The notes: generated by a model from the sequence alone, not told the origin. 64,000 bases of DNA from Nitrosopumilus sp. (GCA_965205425.1 CBDBGZ010000004.1:32001-96000); one strand, 5' to 3'; counted from the stretch's first letter, positions 19,856 to 30,870 are shown. Numbers and translations are program-made.

Positions 19856-21834
19856 TATTGACCAATGTACGTAAATTCACTCGATCGTTGATGAGTAGTT
19901 TGGCAATCCCAGGAATTGGGATTATTTTTGTACTTTTTTTTTCAATCAATCCTGTTTTTGCACAGATTCCTTTGAATCTTGAAGAGTCTAATGAATTTTC
20001 AGGTGATTTATTAAATGATCCAATTGCCCAAGACATTCTAAAGAAAATAGAACAAACAAGAAAGATGATAGAAGAATTAAAACAAAAAGAGTATGAAGAA
20101 AATCAAGCAAAAGAAAATCTAGAAAAAATGCGCAACATGTCAATAGAAAGTCTAAATAAAAAACTCATAGAATGGGAAAGAGTATGGGAAAAATATTCCT
20201 CCAAAAATTCTTTTGAGAGTTTTGTAAATAAAAAATCATCTTACGTTCAAGGTGTGTTTTGGGATCAATTTCAATTCCAAGAACAAAGAGCTAATGCAGG
20301 AAGAGTTGCAATGAACACGATATTAACAAACGGAGGAACCAATGAGAATGCAAAAAATGCATATCATAATGCTGCATCAATACAAAGAATTGAGATAGTC
20401 GAGATGAATGCACAGTTTAACGTAAAACACAATCTTGCAGATTATACAGAACAACAAGTGTTCAATTCCACAGGAAAAATACATCAATCCCCTGTGACTC
20501 AGAAAAAACTTGCATCTTTTTATTCAGACTATAAAGAGCATCCAAGCTATATCTTGGCAAATTATGATGATGATGGTCTCTCTGAAATAGGTTCAGACAC
20601 ATCATGTAAGGAGGGATTTGTTCTAGTCTCTCGCGTAGTATCTGGGACTCAATCATGTGTTGAAGAAAATCTTGCAGAAAAATGGACAGATGACAGAGTC
20701 CCTGGAATGATTATTTCTGGGAATCCCCCACAACCCATCCCAATTAAAACAAATCCAGGTACACAATGTAAGGAAGGATATCTAGTCATTTATCATATTT
20801 CCACATTAGAATATCAATGTGTTTTAGAATCTGTTGCAAAAGAGATGATAAATGCCAAAACTGCAGAAATTCATACACTTGTAGAATACATTTTGGACAA
20901 AGATGATCAAAAAATAATTGTTGATGAAACATATGAAATAAATCAAAGAATTTTCAAATTACAAACAGAATATGATCTCAAAAGAAATACATTAGAATTA
21001 AAATATAACAACATACTTGAAAATGAAAAGTTAGTTGCAAAACAGAAAATGCAGAACATAGTCAAAGAATATAAAATCAATAAGAGCATTACAAAAGAAG
21101 AGGTATCACAATTAATTTCAGAAATAAGGTGGATATCTAATCAAAACAAAGAAGAAATTAACAAAGAACAATCAAATGCAATACATGATCTTGAACTAGA
21201 ATTAAAAAAAGATATTTTGATAATAGTCAAAGGTTATGAAAATAATTCTAAAATAAATGTTAATTGGGATTCTTTGAACAAGCAATTTATTGAATCTCAT
21301 GAGACAGTTGAAGAAAAGGAAATAGAACCTGTAAAAATATTCCAGTTAAATGAAAATTATCGTAATAAAATATATCTAGATAATTTTGGGTTGGTCAATT
21401 CGTTTGGTCATGCAGTTAATGAGATCAAATCTGAACAAGTTTTACAAATTGCTGCAGATATTACAAACATCGATTCTAATCGACAAGATTTCATTTACAT
21501 GGTTGAAATAAAAGATTATTCAAACACGATAGTTCAACCTGCAAAATGGATGAGAGGTATGTTAAATTCTAATCAAACTCTCAATGTAGGTTTATCATGG
21601 ATTCCAAAAGAAACTGGCAAGTACACTGCAATTATTTCTACAGGCACTGAAACCAATTCTATTTTACAAATGGTAGATATTGAAATTGATGTAAATCCTG
21701 AAGGAAACATCTCGGACGATAATTATTGTAAAAATGGATATGAATTACTTTTCAAATATATTGATAATTCACCCATATGCGCAAATCCAAATACAGCTTC
21801 AAAACTAATTAACATAGGATTAGCATTTGCTTAA
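19852..21834 (+). CDS. secreted coiled-coil protein with three Cys-pair modules and an Ig-like segment; paralog of upstream gene
   Basis: SGDLLNDPIAQDIL; CKEG..C repeats; GLSWIPKETGKY. Confidence 0.85.
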   Translation: MILTNVRKFTRSLMSSLAIPGIGIIFVLFFSINPVFAQIPLNLEESNEFSGDLLNDPIAQDILKKIEQTRKMIEELKQKEYEENQAKENLEKMRNMSIESLNKKLIEWERVWEKYSSKNSFESFVNKKSSYVQGVFWDQFQFQEQRANAGRVAMNTILTNGGTNENAKNAYHNAASIQRIEIVEMNAQFNVKHNLADYTEQQVFNSTGKIHQSPVTQKKLASFYSDYKEHPSYILANYDDDGLSEIGSDTSCKEGFVLVSRVVSGTQSCVEENLAEKWTDDRVPGMIISGNPPQPIPIKTNPGTQCKEGYLVIYHISTLEYQCVLESVAKEMINAKTAEIHTLVEYILDKDDQKIIVDETYEINQRIFKLQTEYDLKRNTLELKYNNILENEKLVAKQKMQNIVKEYKINKSITKEEVSQLISEIRWISNQNKEEINKEQSNAIHDLELELKKDILIIVKGYENNSKINVNWDSLNKQFIESHETVEEKEIEPVKIFQLNENYRNKIYLDNFGLVNSFGHAVNEIKSEQVLQIAADITNIDSNRQDFIYMVEIKDYSNTIVQPAKWMRGMLNSNQTLNVGLSWIPKETGKYTAIISTGTETNSILQMVDIEIDVNPEGNISDDNYCKNGYELLFKYIDNSPICANPNTASKLINIGLAFA

Positions 21835-21981
21835 ATCTGTATTTGATGCAAAATAACGTTGTATTATCTTACAACATTTCATAATTCTAGACTCATGGCA
21901 CTTGCAATTATAACAAATCATATCTGTCTTTATCATGAGATGAAATAGAACACTTATTGATTATAGGATCTAGTTAAAAAA

Positions 21982-22822
21982 ATGGAAAAATCAACTCCTG
22001 ATGAAATTCGAGAACGTTTTGATAATGATGTTGAACGGTTCTCTAATCTAGAAACAGGACAAAAAGCAACAATTGATGCATCTTTACAAATGGATTTGAT
22101 TGCGTCGTCTGCACCTTATGTTAATCAAGATGCCAGAAAAATTTTAGACATAGGATGTGGTGCTGGGAATTATACTATCAAAGTATTACAAAAAATATCT
22201 GATCTTGATTGTACACTAATAGACTTGAGCCTATAGCGAAAAGATAAAGTTCGTGAACTAAAAATCATCAAAAAACTAGAGATTAGATGATTTTACCTAA
22301 GGTAAATACGAATAAACAATCTGAAACACCTTGAAAATAGTTCATGAACATATGCTTCTCGCTATACCAATGCTCAAACAAGCTGAAGATCGAATCAAGA
22401 ATTTAACTCATGGACAAGTAAAAACAATTCAAGGAGACATAAGAGAAATGGACATTGGAAAAGAAAAATACAATATTGTAATAGCTGCTGCTGTTCTTCA
22501 TCATCTTAGAGAATATGATGAATGGAAAAATGTCTTCAAAAAAATTTATGATTCATTGATGACAGGCGGTTCTTTTTGGATATCGGATCTTATTTCTCAA
22601 GAAGATCACCGTATCCAAAAAATGAGTATGGATAGATATGGAAGTTATTTGACAAAAGATGGAGGAAAATCTTACAAGAACGATGTGTTTGAGTATATTG
22701 AAAAAGAAGACACTCCCAGATCAATGACATTCCAGGTAGATCTTTTGAGATATGTGGGGTTTAACAAAATGGAGATACTGCATAAAAATTCAGTCTTTGG
22801 CTCTTTTGGAGCCATAAAATAA
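21982..22822 (+). pseudogene. class I SAM-dependent methyltransferase interrupted by a MITE
   Basis: LDIGCGAG and VLHHL motifs; removing 22234-22366 restores the frame DLSL|PMLKQA. Confidence 0.9.
22234..22364. mobile_element. 131-bp IS630A-type MITE, copy 1
   Basis: TA duplication; ends TAGCGAAAAGATAAAGTTCGTGAACTA / TAGTTCATGAACATATGCTTCTCGCTA. Confidence 0.9.
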
Positions 22823-22906
22823 CATATTGTTACAATCTACTCATAAAGAGTATTGTAGTTTTAGTTTAATACCATACTCAATGCATTCAAAAATTTATTA
22901 ATTTTT

Positions 22907-23815
22907 GGTGATTATCAATTATTTACCCCCAACATATAATCAAGCAATAATGAGAAAGTATCTTCCATCTCTGTTGTTACATCTCCATTCCATCTCTTTG
23001 ATGTACAACAAGAATTTATCTGGACTTACACCATGATGCTTTGCCATGTTCTCTTTTGCAAAACTCCAAAATCCTTCTATTCCATTTATGTACACATCAT
23101 CTTTTCCAAACATCTTGCTGTGGTCTATTGAGAGATGCTTGTAGCCATTGAAAACTAGCGAATTGTATCCTCTCCACTTGTCCGTATACACAATGCTTCC
23201 TTTCTTTACTTTCTTGATAGTACTTGTAAGAAGTGTCTTGGCCTTTACGTTCTTTACAATCTCAACATGAACTTTTCCATTTCTCTCTAAAATTCCAAAT
23301 ACAATAGTTTTGTTTTTAGATCCTCTGCCACGATTTCCCTTTCTTTTTCCTCCAAAATAGTACCTCGTCAGCCTCAATCTGACCCTTTAGAACATCATCT
23401 GTTTTGGATTGTTCTTCAAGTATTGAGAATCTCATGATGTCAAAAGAATACAGTGCGGTAGGATAACTAACACCAACTTCTTTTGCTGCACGTCTTGCAC
23501 TAATCCCAAGATCAAATAGTTTGATTAGAACCAACCATTTTGGATAATCAATATTGATGATGCCAAACTGTGTATCTGAGAATGGTTTGTAGTTTGTCTT
23601 ACATTTACTGCATCTCAAATTCCCTCTGCTCATCAGATAATATTTTGGAGAATCACACTTGGGACAACATACAGAACTTGTGCTGTTGAATCTTTTACAC
23701 AGAAATTTTAATGATGTTGATTTATCTGAAACTATTTTGAATAGCTCAATGATATTGATAGTTTTTTCCAATAATTACATAAAATTAGTTTGGGGGTAAT
23801 AGGTTTACAATCACC
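22907..23815 (-). mobile_element. IS1595-family element with frameshifted transposase (22940..23771)
   Basis: CPKC..CSKC zinc ribbon, IEADE|YFGG split by a frameshift, VYTDKW, INGIEGFWS; imperfect repeats GGTGATT..TTACCCCCAA at both ends. Confidence 0.88.
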
Positions 23816-23841
23816 CAAATTTATTATATTTTAAAAAATAT

Positions 23842-24492
23842 TTAGATGAAGATGTCTGTTTTCTTTTCGACAATTTGTTGTTTGAGTGTATCTGGTACAT
23901 CTGGAATTGATGATTTGGTTTGTCCAGCAATCACACTGTGAGCTTCTTCTAGAATTGCTAATGTGTCTGCATTTGTTTCAGTAGGCATACTCATACTATC
24001 TCCTATGCCAACTGATGATCCTGACATTACATCTCCAAGTATTTGTGATAAATCTTGCATGGATGCATTTGCTTCAGGCATTATTCCACTAAGTGATGGA
24101 CTTAGACCTTTAATGATTGCCATACATGGACTAAGTGTTACGACTACATCTCCTAATTCTGAAACTGTATCTAATCGAAGTTTGACTTGTTCCATGGATA
24201 ATTTTGCTCCACTAACCATGTTTTTCATTTTTCTAACTTGAGTTAATTCTCCTGCATATGCTTGAGCATAACCCGTTTTGTTATTTCTTTGTGCATTAAC
24301 AATTTTTTCAAATATCACATCATGTTTTTTCTGTAATTTTTCATTTATTCCATCTAATTTTGAAATTTGAAATTGTAATTTTTTTTGTGCAAAATCAATC
24401 TTATTTTTTAATGGTTCATCAGGCTTTACTTTTCCCATTACTTTTTGAGAAATTGTTTCTCCTTCATTTTTGTTCCAAGAGTTACTGATCAT
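23842..24492 (-). CDS. ESCRT-III/Snf7-family cell-division protein (CdvB paralog)
   Basis: AQAYAGELTQVRKM, LSMEQVKLRLDTV..GD, AILEEA; no C-terminal winged helix. Confidence 0.85.
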   Translation of the reverse strand: MISNSWNKNEGETISQKVMGKVKPDEPLKNKIDFAQKKLQFQISKLDGINEKLQKKHDVIFEKIVNAQRNNKTGYAQAYAGELTQVRKMKNMVSGAKLSMEQVKLRLDTVSELGDVVVTLSPCMAIIKGLSPSLSGIMPEANASMQDLSQILGDVMSGSSVGIGDSMSMPTETNADTLAILEEAHSVIAGQTKSSIPDVPDTLKQQIVEKKTDIFI

Positions 24493-24585
24493 GCCTTAAA
24501 TTCCTAAATATGCTTGACTTCTTAGTTTTAAACAGATTTGTCACTCTTGGTGGTGTCACTAGAGTTACACTAACTAGCAGTTACA

Positions 24586-25698
24586 CTATCCGAAGGTAAA
24601 CGTGAATATTTGAAAACCTTCACCTCTAATCTTAATTTCAATCGAATGAGATGAACTTTCATCACTGCTAATGATGTTGTATAATCCAGCTTCTGTGACT
24701 TTGAGAATATTCCCGTTAACAATGTCTGTACCTGCATATCTTGCAGGTAATGGCTTGTCATCTAGAAATATTTCTAGTTCTGCATTATTCTCAGTTACTA
24801 TGTTTACTTCTTTTGCATTATACAATAGTTTGATGGTCCCTGTTTCTGAGATTAACTCCATACTGTCTTCATAATTTTTCCATTCTCCTATTGGATAGAA
24901 TTTGTGCAAATCAATCTTATTTGGTTCTAAATATGAAATGGTCTTACCTGGTTGAAATCCTTCATCACTACCTAATTGATTTCTATTTTGTGCAAATTTG
25001 TAACCAAAATACAATTCAGGTGTTCTAAACAATGAGTGTTGAAACTCTTCAATGTCTACAAGTGATGATGCTGAAGCCATTTGAATTCCTAATGCTAAAG
25101 CTCGTTCTTCTAATAATTTCTGAATAACTTTTTCTGTTTCTTGATATCCGCCTTCCCCAATATGATCATATCTGATAAAACCTTCATGGTCTGCAATGTA
25201 TTTTCTTGGCCAATACCTATTTTCAAAAGCTTGCCATGTTTCCATGTCGTTATCTAGCACTACCGGATAACTAATCCCGTGTTTTTCTATTGCCATCTTT
25301 ACATTTTCAGGATCTTTTTCAAATTCAAATTCCGGTGCATGAACTCCAATAATTAATAATCCTTGTTCTGAATATTTGTCATCCCATGCAGTAATGTATG
25401 GTAATGTTCGAATACAATTGATACAACTGTATGTCCAAATATCATAAAGAACTACTTTGTCTTTGATCTGATCACTTAATTCCTCCGGTGTGGTGTTTAG
25501 ATAATTGGCAATTCCTACTAATCCCGGTGCTTTTTTAAATCCAGATTTATCGATTTTTGAAAGTGAATCTGATTCAGTAAACGTTGTAGATGATTGCACT
25601 TCTTGATCAAGTGTTGAAAACACCATTCCCATTATGCCTAAACCTGCAGCAATTATGATGCCTAAAATTAGTCCTGTTTTAATCTCTGAGTTCATCAT
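24586..25698 (-). CDS. membrane-anchored redoxin (DipZ C-terminal-like)
   Basis: WTYSCINC, GVHAPEFEFEK, NRYWP, TPELY, FTFTFG. Confidence 0.9.
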   Translation of the reverse strand: MMNSEIKTGLILGIIIAAGLGIMGMVFSTLDQEVQSSTTFTESDSLSKIDKSGFKKAPGLVGIANYLNTTPEELSDQIKDKVVLYDIWTYSCINCIRTLPYITAWDDKYSEQGLLIIGVHAPEFEFEKDPENVKMAIEKHGISYPVVLDNDMETWQAFENRYWPRKYIADHEGFIRYDHIGEGGYQETEKVIQKLLEERALALGIQMASASSLVDIEEFQHSLFRTPELYFGYKFAQNRNQLGSDEGFQPGKTISYLEPNKIDLHKFYPIGEWKNYEDSMELISETGTIKLLYNAKEVNIVTENNAELEIFLDDKPLPARYAGTDIVNGNILKVTEAGLYNIISSDESSSHSIEIKIRGEGFQIFTFTFG

Positions 25699-25699
25699 G

Positions 25700-26431
25700 T
25701 CACCCTAGCAGTACCAACTCGTTAAGAAGTGGAAAATTTGCAATGTATGCAAGTTGATTTGTAAATACTAAAATTCCCAACACAATGATGAATCCACCTA
25801 AAATCACATTATAGTATTTGAGATGTTTTGTCATTGAGTGTATTATTTTTGTAGCTCTTGAGAAGAATACCCCCATGAGAATAAATGGAATTCCCAAACC
25901 AAATGAATAAACAAGTAACAAAGTAAATGAAAGTGACGGAGTTGTTGCAGCTAGTGTAAGTATCGTACCGAGTATAGGGCCAACACATGGTGTCCATCCT
26001 GCTGCAAAAGATAAACCAAATACAAATGACATTGGATAACTTGACTTTGAATTTTTAGGGAAAAATTTCTTTTCAACATTTAATTGACGAATTTTTGTTG
26101 ATAGTAACAGAAAAGTCCCAAATGAAATAATGATAATCCCACCTATTACATTTAGAGTTTCAGTAAATTCTCCTGCAGTACTAGAAAGAACACTATTGAT
26201 CAAAACTCCTAACGTGGAGAATACAACTGAGAATCCTAATACAAAAAATACTGTATTAAGTACAATGTTTACTCGATTAACCGAAAGAACAGTTCCATTT
26301 TTAGAACCTAATTCTGTTACTGTAGTTCCAGAAATGTATGCAAGAAATGCAGGAATCATTGGTAAAATACATGGTGCAACAAATGAACCTAGACCTGCAA
26401 CTAATGCTACTAAAATAGTTGGATCTGCCAT
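25700..26431 (-). CDS. ccdA: CcdA/DsbD-family disulfide interchange membrane protein
   Basis: SFVAPCILP and WTPCVGPILG; six hydrophobic segments. Confidence 0.9.
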   Translation of the reverse strand: MADPTILVALVAGLGSFVAPCILPMIPAFLAYISGTTVTELGSKNGTVLSVNRVNIVLNTVFFVLGFSVVFSTLGVLINSVLSSTAGEFTETLNVIGGIIIISFGTFLLLSTKIRQLNVEKKFFPKNSKSSYPMSFVFGLSFAAGWTPCVGPILGTILTLAATTPSLSFTLLLVYSFGLGIPFILMGVFFSRATKIIHSMTKHLKYYNVILGGFIIVLGILVFTNQLAYIANFPLLNELVLLG

Positions 26432-26528
26432 GTCCTAAATTTGTAATTTTTCCTTTAAAGGCTTCTTCCAATTCTTTCCCCTATCTTAATTTCAATCCCT
26501 TTTTAACTGGGATGGGCATATTTTCATT

Positions 26529-26633
26529 ATGAATAAGCGATTTATCATTGTTGGAATTGCTTTAGGAATTGTAGTTACGCTTGCTGTAATAATTGGCTCA
26601 CCTGCACTTGGTGGCTTTGATGCTATGCGTTAA
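26529..26633 (+). CDS. small single-pass membrane protein (34 aa)
   Basis: MNKRFIIVGIALGIVVTLAVIIGSPALGGFDAMR*; TTTTAA about 28 bp upstream; stop overlaps the bioF stop. Confidence 0.6.
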   Translation: MNKRFIIVGIALGIVVTLAVIIGSPALGGFDAMR

Positions 26634-27772
26634 TTGTAGAATTTTCTATATGCTTTCTCAAAAATATGAAGTGTTTTTTCAATTTCACTTTCAGATAGCC
26701 ATGCAGTAACAGAAATTCGTAGTCTTGCCTGATTTTTAGGAACAGTTGGGTATCTAATTGGCTGTGCAAATATTCCATTTTTAAATAAAAATTCTCCAAA
26801 TTCCATCGCCGTTTTTTCATTACCAATTATAATTGGGATGATTTGCGTGGTGGAATTTATTTCAAAACCTAATTGTTTTAATCCTTTTGTTAACTGTTTA
26901 GTATTTTTCTCTAGTTTCTTCTTTTGTTTTTCTCTATTTGATTGAAATCTTTTGAATGAATATTCTACCAAAAAAGAAGGTAAAGCTGAAGTATAGATGA
27001 AAGATTTTGATTTATTTATACACAAATCTATTACATTATTTTGAGATGAAACATATCCTCCAAATGATCCTAGCCCTTTACTTAAACTACTGATATACAA
27101 ATCAATTTTTTTTGCTACTTTAAGATAATTTGGAGTCCCTTTACCATCATTTCCTAAAACAAAATCCCCATGTGCATCATCAATTATCGTAATAGCTTTT
27201 GATTTTTCTGAAATCTCTGTAATTTGTTTTAATTGAGATAAATCCCCATCCATACTAAAAACTCCTTCTGTAATCACAAACTTGTTTTTTCCTTTTTGTT
27301 TTATTTTTTTATTCAAATCATCCATATCATTATGTTTATAAATTGAAATTTTGGCATCTGTTAATTTACATGATTCTATGATGCTTGCATGGTTTAATTC
27401 ATCACTTAGAATTAAATCTCCTTTCTTTGCAATTGCTGAAATTGCTCCCAGATTAGCCATGTATCCTGTTGGATAAATTAAACTGCTTTGTTGTGATTTG
27501 TGTTTTGCAAGTGTTTCTTCTAATTTTTTATATGATTCATCATTACCTGATACTAGTCTTGAACTTGATTGTAATTGTTTGATGGACATTTTTGTAGTAG
27601 GAATGCCCAAGTAATCATTTGAACACAAGTTGAGAAGTTTTTTTCTATTTATTGTGACTGTTGAACCGTTAGAAACACCATATCGTAATCTTCTATAGAG
27701 GTTATTTTTTTGTAGATTTTTTAATTCTAAATCGATAAAATTTAGTTTATGCTTGGAGGCCAATTCTTTCAA
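26630..27772 (-). CDS. bioF: 8-amino-7-oxononanoate synthase
   Basis: CSNDYLG, DELNHASII, EGVFSMDGD, DDAH, SLSKGLG, IRYPTVP. Confidence 0.92.
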   Translation of the reverse strand: MKELASKHKLNFIDLELKNLQKNNLYRRLRYGVSNGSTVTINRKKLLNLCSNDYLGIPTTKMSIKQLQSSSRLVSGNDESYKKLEETLAKHKSQQSSLIYPTGYMANLGAISAIAKKGDLILSDELNHASIIESCKLTDAKISIYKHNDMDDLNKKIKQKGKNKFVITEGVFSMDGDLSQLKQITEISEKSKAITIIDDAHGDFVLGNDGKGTPNYLKVAKKIDLYISSLSKGLGSFGGYVSSQNNVIDLCINKSKSFIYTSALPSFLVEYSFKRFQSNREKQKKKLEKNTKQLTKGLKQLGFEINSTTQIIPIIIGNEKTAMEFGEFLFKNGIFAQPIRYPTVPKNQARLRISVTAWLSESEIEKTLHIFEKAYRKFYN

Positions 27773-28724
27773 TCATTTTGCGGTCTTTTTCAGCATCATT
27801 TCCATCCATGGTGAGATACCCTGCAGTAATAATTCCATTTGCTCCACTTTGCAGTAATTCCTCTCCTGAATCATTAAGATTAGTTTCACGCCCTCCTGAA
27901 ATTTTGATAACTGATTCAGGTAACAAGAATCTGATCACAGAAAACATTCTGACAATTTCAGAATTTGGTAAATCTGCTTGTAATTCTAATGGTGTTCCTG
28001 GCACTGGAACTAAAATGTTAATCGTTACCTCTTCGGGGTATAATCTAGCTAACTCTAGGGTTAACTCTAATCTTTGTTTTCGTGTTTCTCCTAACCCGAT
28101 AATTCCACCAGTACATAATTCTAATCCTGCATCTCTTGCAATACCTAATGTTTTTAATCTATCTTCATATGTGTGAGTAGTACATATTTCTGAGAATTTT
28201 GATTTTGCAGTTTCTAGATTGTGATTATATCTTTTTACTTTTAGTTCCTTTAATTTTTTTGCTTGTTCTATTGTTAGAAATCCTAAACTGCATTCAACAC
28301 TAATTCCAACTTTGTTATTTATTTCTGTAATAATTTGACATACTTTTTGAAAATCAGTAGTAGAAGGTTCTCTCCAAGCTGCAACAAGACAATATGACTC
28401 TGCCCCTTCTTCTTTTGCTTTTTGTGCTTTACTTACTACTTCTTCTGGTGTTGGTAATTGATATGATTCTATTCCTGTATCAAAAAATGCAGATTGCCCA
28501 CAAAATGTACAGTCTTCACTGCATGCATTTTTTTTAATATTGTTTAATTGTTCAACATCAACTTTATCTCCATTAAAATCTCTAGTAATTTCATTTGCGC
28601 ATCTTGCTAAATCTTTAAGATTCTCATCTGGAATCTCTAGTAATTTTTTTGCATCATCTACTGATATGTGATTTCCAGAAAATACCTTTTCTTGGCATTC
28701 TTTAATGAAATCTAGGATATTCAT
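27747..28724 (-). CDS. bioB: biotin synthase
   Basis: CSEDCTFCGQS radical-SAM motif, YNHNLET, CTGGIIGLGET. Confidence 0.95.
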   Translation of the reverse strand: MNILDFIKECQEKVFSGNHISVDDAKKLLEIPDENLKDLARCANEITRDFNGDKVDVEQLNNIKKNACSEDCTFCGQSAFFDTGIESYQLPTPEEVVSKAQKAKEEGAESYCLVAAWREPSTTDFQKVCQIITEINNKVGISVECSLGFLTIEQAKKLKELKVKRYNHNLETAKSKFSEICTTHTYEDRLKTLGIARDAGLELCTGGIIGLGETRKQRLELTLELARLYPEEVTINILVPVPGTPLELQADLPNSEIVRMFSVIRFLLPESVIKISGGRETNLNDSGEELLQSGANGIITAGYLTMDGNDAEKDRKMIERIGLQA

Positions 28725-28765
28725 AATTTTGATAATGATTATTCCATTTATAACAATAATGGAAT

Positions 28766-28795
28766 AGTTAACCTTGTACCCTTAGAGTGTTAACA
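28766..28795. promoter_or_regulatory. candidate BirA operator GTTAAC-N16-GTTAAC upstream of bioB
   Basis: AGTTAAC cttgtacccttagagt GTTAACA fits the BirA palindromic consensus and spacing. Confidence 0.55.
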
Positions 28796-28796
28796 G

Positions 28797-30113
28797 TCAA
28801 ACTACCTTTGATTTTGCAGATTTGATAGTGGAAATAGTTCTTTTTATGAGTAAATTTAGCTCTGATTCAGATATGGCCAAAGGAGGCACGAGCATTACTA
28901 TGTTTCCTAGTGTTCGAAGATAGATTCCGTTCTTTTTTCCTTCCTCGAAAAATATTTTGTTAATGGATTTTTTTGGAGAGATGGGCCTCTTTTTTGATTT
29001 ATCTATAACTAATTCAATTCCCATAAGCATACCTTTGTGCCGGATATCCCCTACAATGTCTATTTCTGAAATCTCATCATAGAATTTTTCAAAAACTTTA
29101 GATGTTTTTCCAATTTTTTTAATCAAATTATTTTTCTTATACATTTTTAGATTTTCATTTGCAACTGCTGCGGAAATTGGGTTTCCCGTGTATGTGTGTC
29201 CATGAAAGAGATGTCTCCAATCACTAAATTCTCCCAAGAATGAATCATAAATTTTCTTATTTGTTAACGTTGCAGCCATGGTGAGATATCCTCCAGTTAA
29301 CATTTTTCCATATGCTACAATGTCTGGAATACTTTTTTGTTCTTCATACTGTGTCATTGATCCTAGTCTTCCAAAACCTGTTGCTATTTCATCTAGAACC
29401 AATAACACATCATATTTTTTACATAGTTGACTAATCTTTTTTTGAAATCCTTTGGGATAAATTATGACGCCTCCTGCAACTTGTGCCCCACTTTCCATCA
29501 CAAATGCTGCAATATTGTCTTTTTTAGAAAATCTTTTTTCAATTTTATCTAAACAATAATTTTGATAGTCTGTTAAAGTAAATCCTTTTGGCATTCTGTA
29601 TTTATTTGGAACTGGAAATTGTATTGTTGAAAATAATTGTTTTTTAAATTTACCAAAGAATTCTGGAACATACCCTACAGACATTGCACCAAATGTATCT
29701 CCATGATACCCGTTTTCTATTGTAGCAATTTCTGTTTTCTTTTTATTTCCAATATTTTTCCAATATTGTAATGCTATTTTGATTGCAATTTCCATTGCAG
29801 ATGAGCCATTATCTGAATAAAACACTTTTTGCATTTTTGGTGAAATTCTAACAAGATTATCTGCAAGTTTTTCTACCGGCTCTGTTGTTAAATTGAACTG
29901 TGATGAATGTTGTAATTTTTTGCTTTGATTTTGAATGATTTTAACTAGTTGTGGATTTGAATGACCCCATACATTACACCACATTGAGGCAACTCCATCT
30001 ATCATTTTGTGGCCTTTTGAATCAACTAGCCATACTCCTTTGGCGCTCGTAATTTGCGTAAATCTATCCCATTCTTTCATCTGAGTGTTTGGGTGCCAAA
30101 CAGAACTTTTCAA
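28797..30113 (-). CDS. bioA: adenosylmethionine-8-amino-7-oxononanoate aminotransferase
   Basis: VWHPNTQ, YHGDTFGAMS, DEIATGFGR, GKMLTGGY, HGHTYTGNP. Confidence 0.94.
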   Translation of the reverse strand: MKSSVWHPNTQMKEWDRFTQITSAKGVWLVDSKGHKMIDGVASMWCNVWGHSNPQLVKIIQNQSKKLQHSSQFNLTTEPVEKLADNLVRISPKMQKVFYSDNGSSAMEIAIKIALQYWKNIGNKKKTEIATIENGYHGDTFGAMSVGYVPEFFGKFKKQLFSTIQFPVPNKYRMPKGFTLTDYQNYCLDKIEKRFSKKDNIAAFVMESGAQVAGGVIIYPKGFQKKISQLCKKYDVLLVLDEIATGFGRLGSMTQYEEQKSIPDIVAYGKMLTGGYLTMAATLTNKKIYDSFLGEFSDWRHLFHGHTYTGNPISAAVANENLKMYKKNNLIKKIGKTSKVFEKFYDEISEIDIVGDIRHKGMLMGIELVIDKSKKRPISPKKSINKIFFEEGKKNGIYLRTLGNIVMLVPPLAISESELNLLIKRTISTIKSAKSKVV

Positions 30114-30162
30114 CTAATTTTGTAGGTTCTCAGATCTTAATAATTAACCGATGAATTAATCA

Positions 30163-30870
30163 ATGAATAATTCTGAATCTAATTTGTTGAACTCTGTTTT
30201 CATTACTGGTACCGATACTGATGTGGGGAAAACATACATCACGGCAGGTCTTGGTGTGTCTTTACAAAAGATGGGGATAGATGTTGGTGTTATGAAGCCA
30301 TTTGCGGCAGGTTCTGCCCAGAAAAAAGGCTACAAATCAGAAGACATTGAGATCTTATCACGTGCGGCAAAAGTGTGTGATTCTGAAAATTTAGTTAATC
30401 CTCAATTCTTCCCTATTCCTGCATCCCCATACACTGCATGGAAGAAACTAAAAACAAAACCAAAAATTTCTACAATTTTATCTAGTTTTAAAAAATTATC
30501 AAAACTACATGACATGATACTAGTAGAAGGAATGGGTGGCATTATGACTCCTATTCTCAAAGACTATTACATCACAAATTTAATTAAAGAAATGAAAATC
30601 CCAACTGTAATTGTTACTAGAAGTAAAGTTGGAACTGTAAATCATACTATAATGACAGTAAAAATGTGTGAGAAATATAAAATTCCAATCAAAGGAATCA
30701 TAATTAATAATTTTGATAAAGGCTACCAAGTCAAAGATTTGACTCGAGACTTGGAAAATTTAACCGGCGTACATGTTTTGGGTTCAATCCCATTCATTAA
30801 AGATATGAGTGATGTATCTTTAACTAGAATTTTTAAAAAAAATATTGATTTAAAATTATTTTTAAAATAA
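30163..30870 (+). CDS. bioD: dethiobiotin synthase (true start possibly TTG 30184/30187)
   Basis: FITGTDTDVGKT, VEGMGG, GTVNHT. Confidence 0.94.
   Translation: MNNSESNLLNSVFITGTDTDVGKTYITAGLGVSLQKMGIDVGVMKPFAAGSAQKKGYKSEDIEILSRAAKVCDSENLVNPQFFPIPASPYTAWKKLKTKPKISTILSSFKKLSKLHDMILVEGMGGIMTPILKDYYITNLIKEMKIPTVIVTRSKVGTVNHTIMTVKMCEKYKIPIKGIIINNFDKGYQVKDLTRDLENLTGVHVLGSIPFIKDMSDVSLTRIFKKNIDLKLFLK

Noticed and set aside
22891..23830. Target duplication for IS1595
   Set aside because: AAATTTATTA occurs on both sides but is offset by 6 bp on the left in very AT-rich DNA; cannot be called
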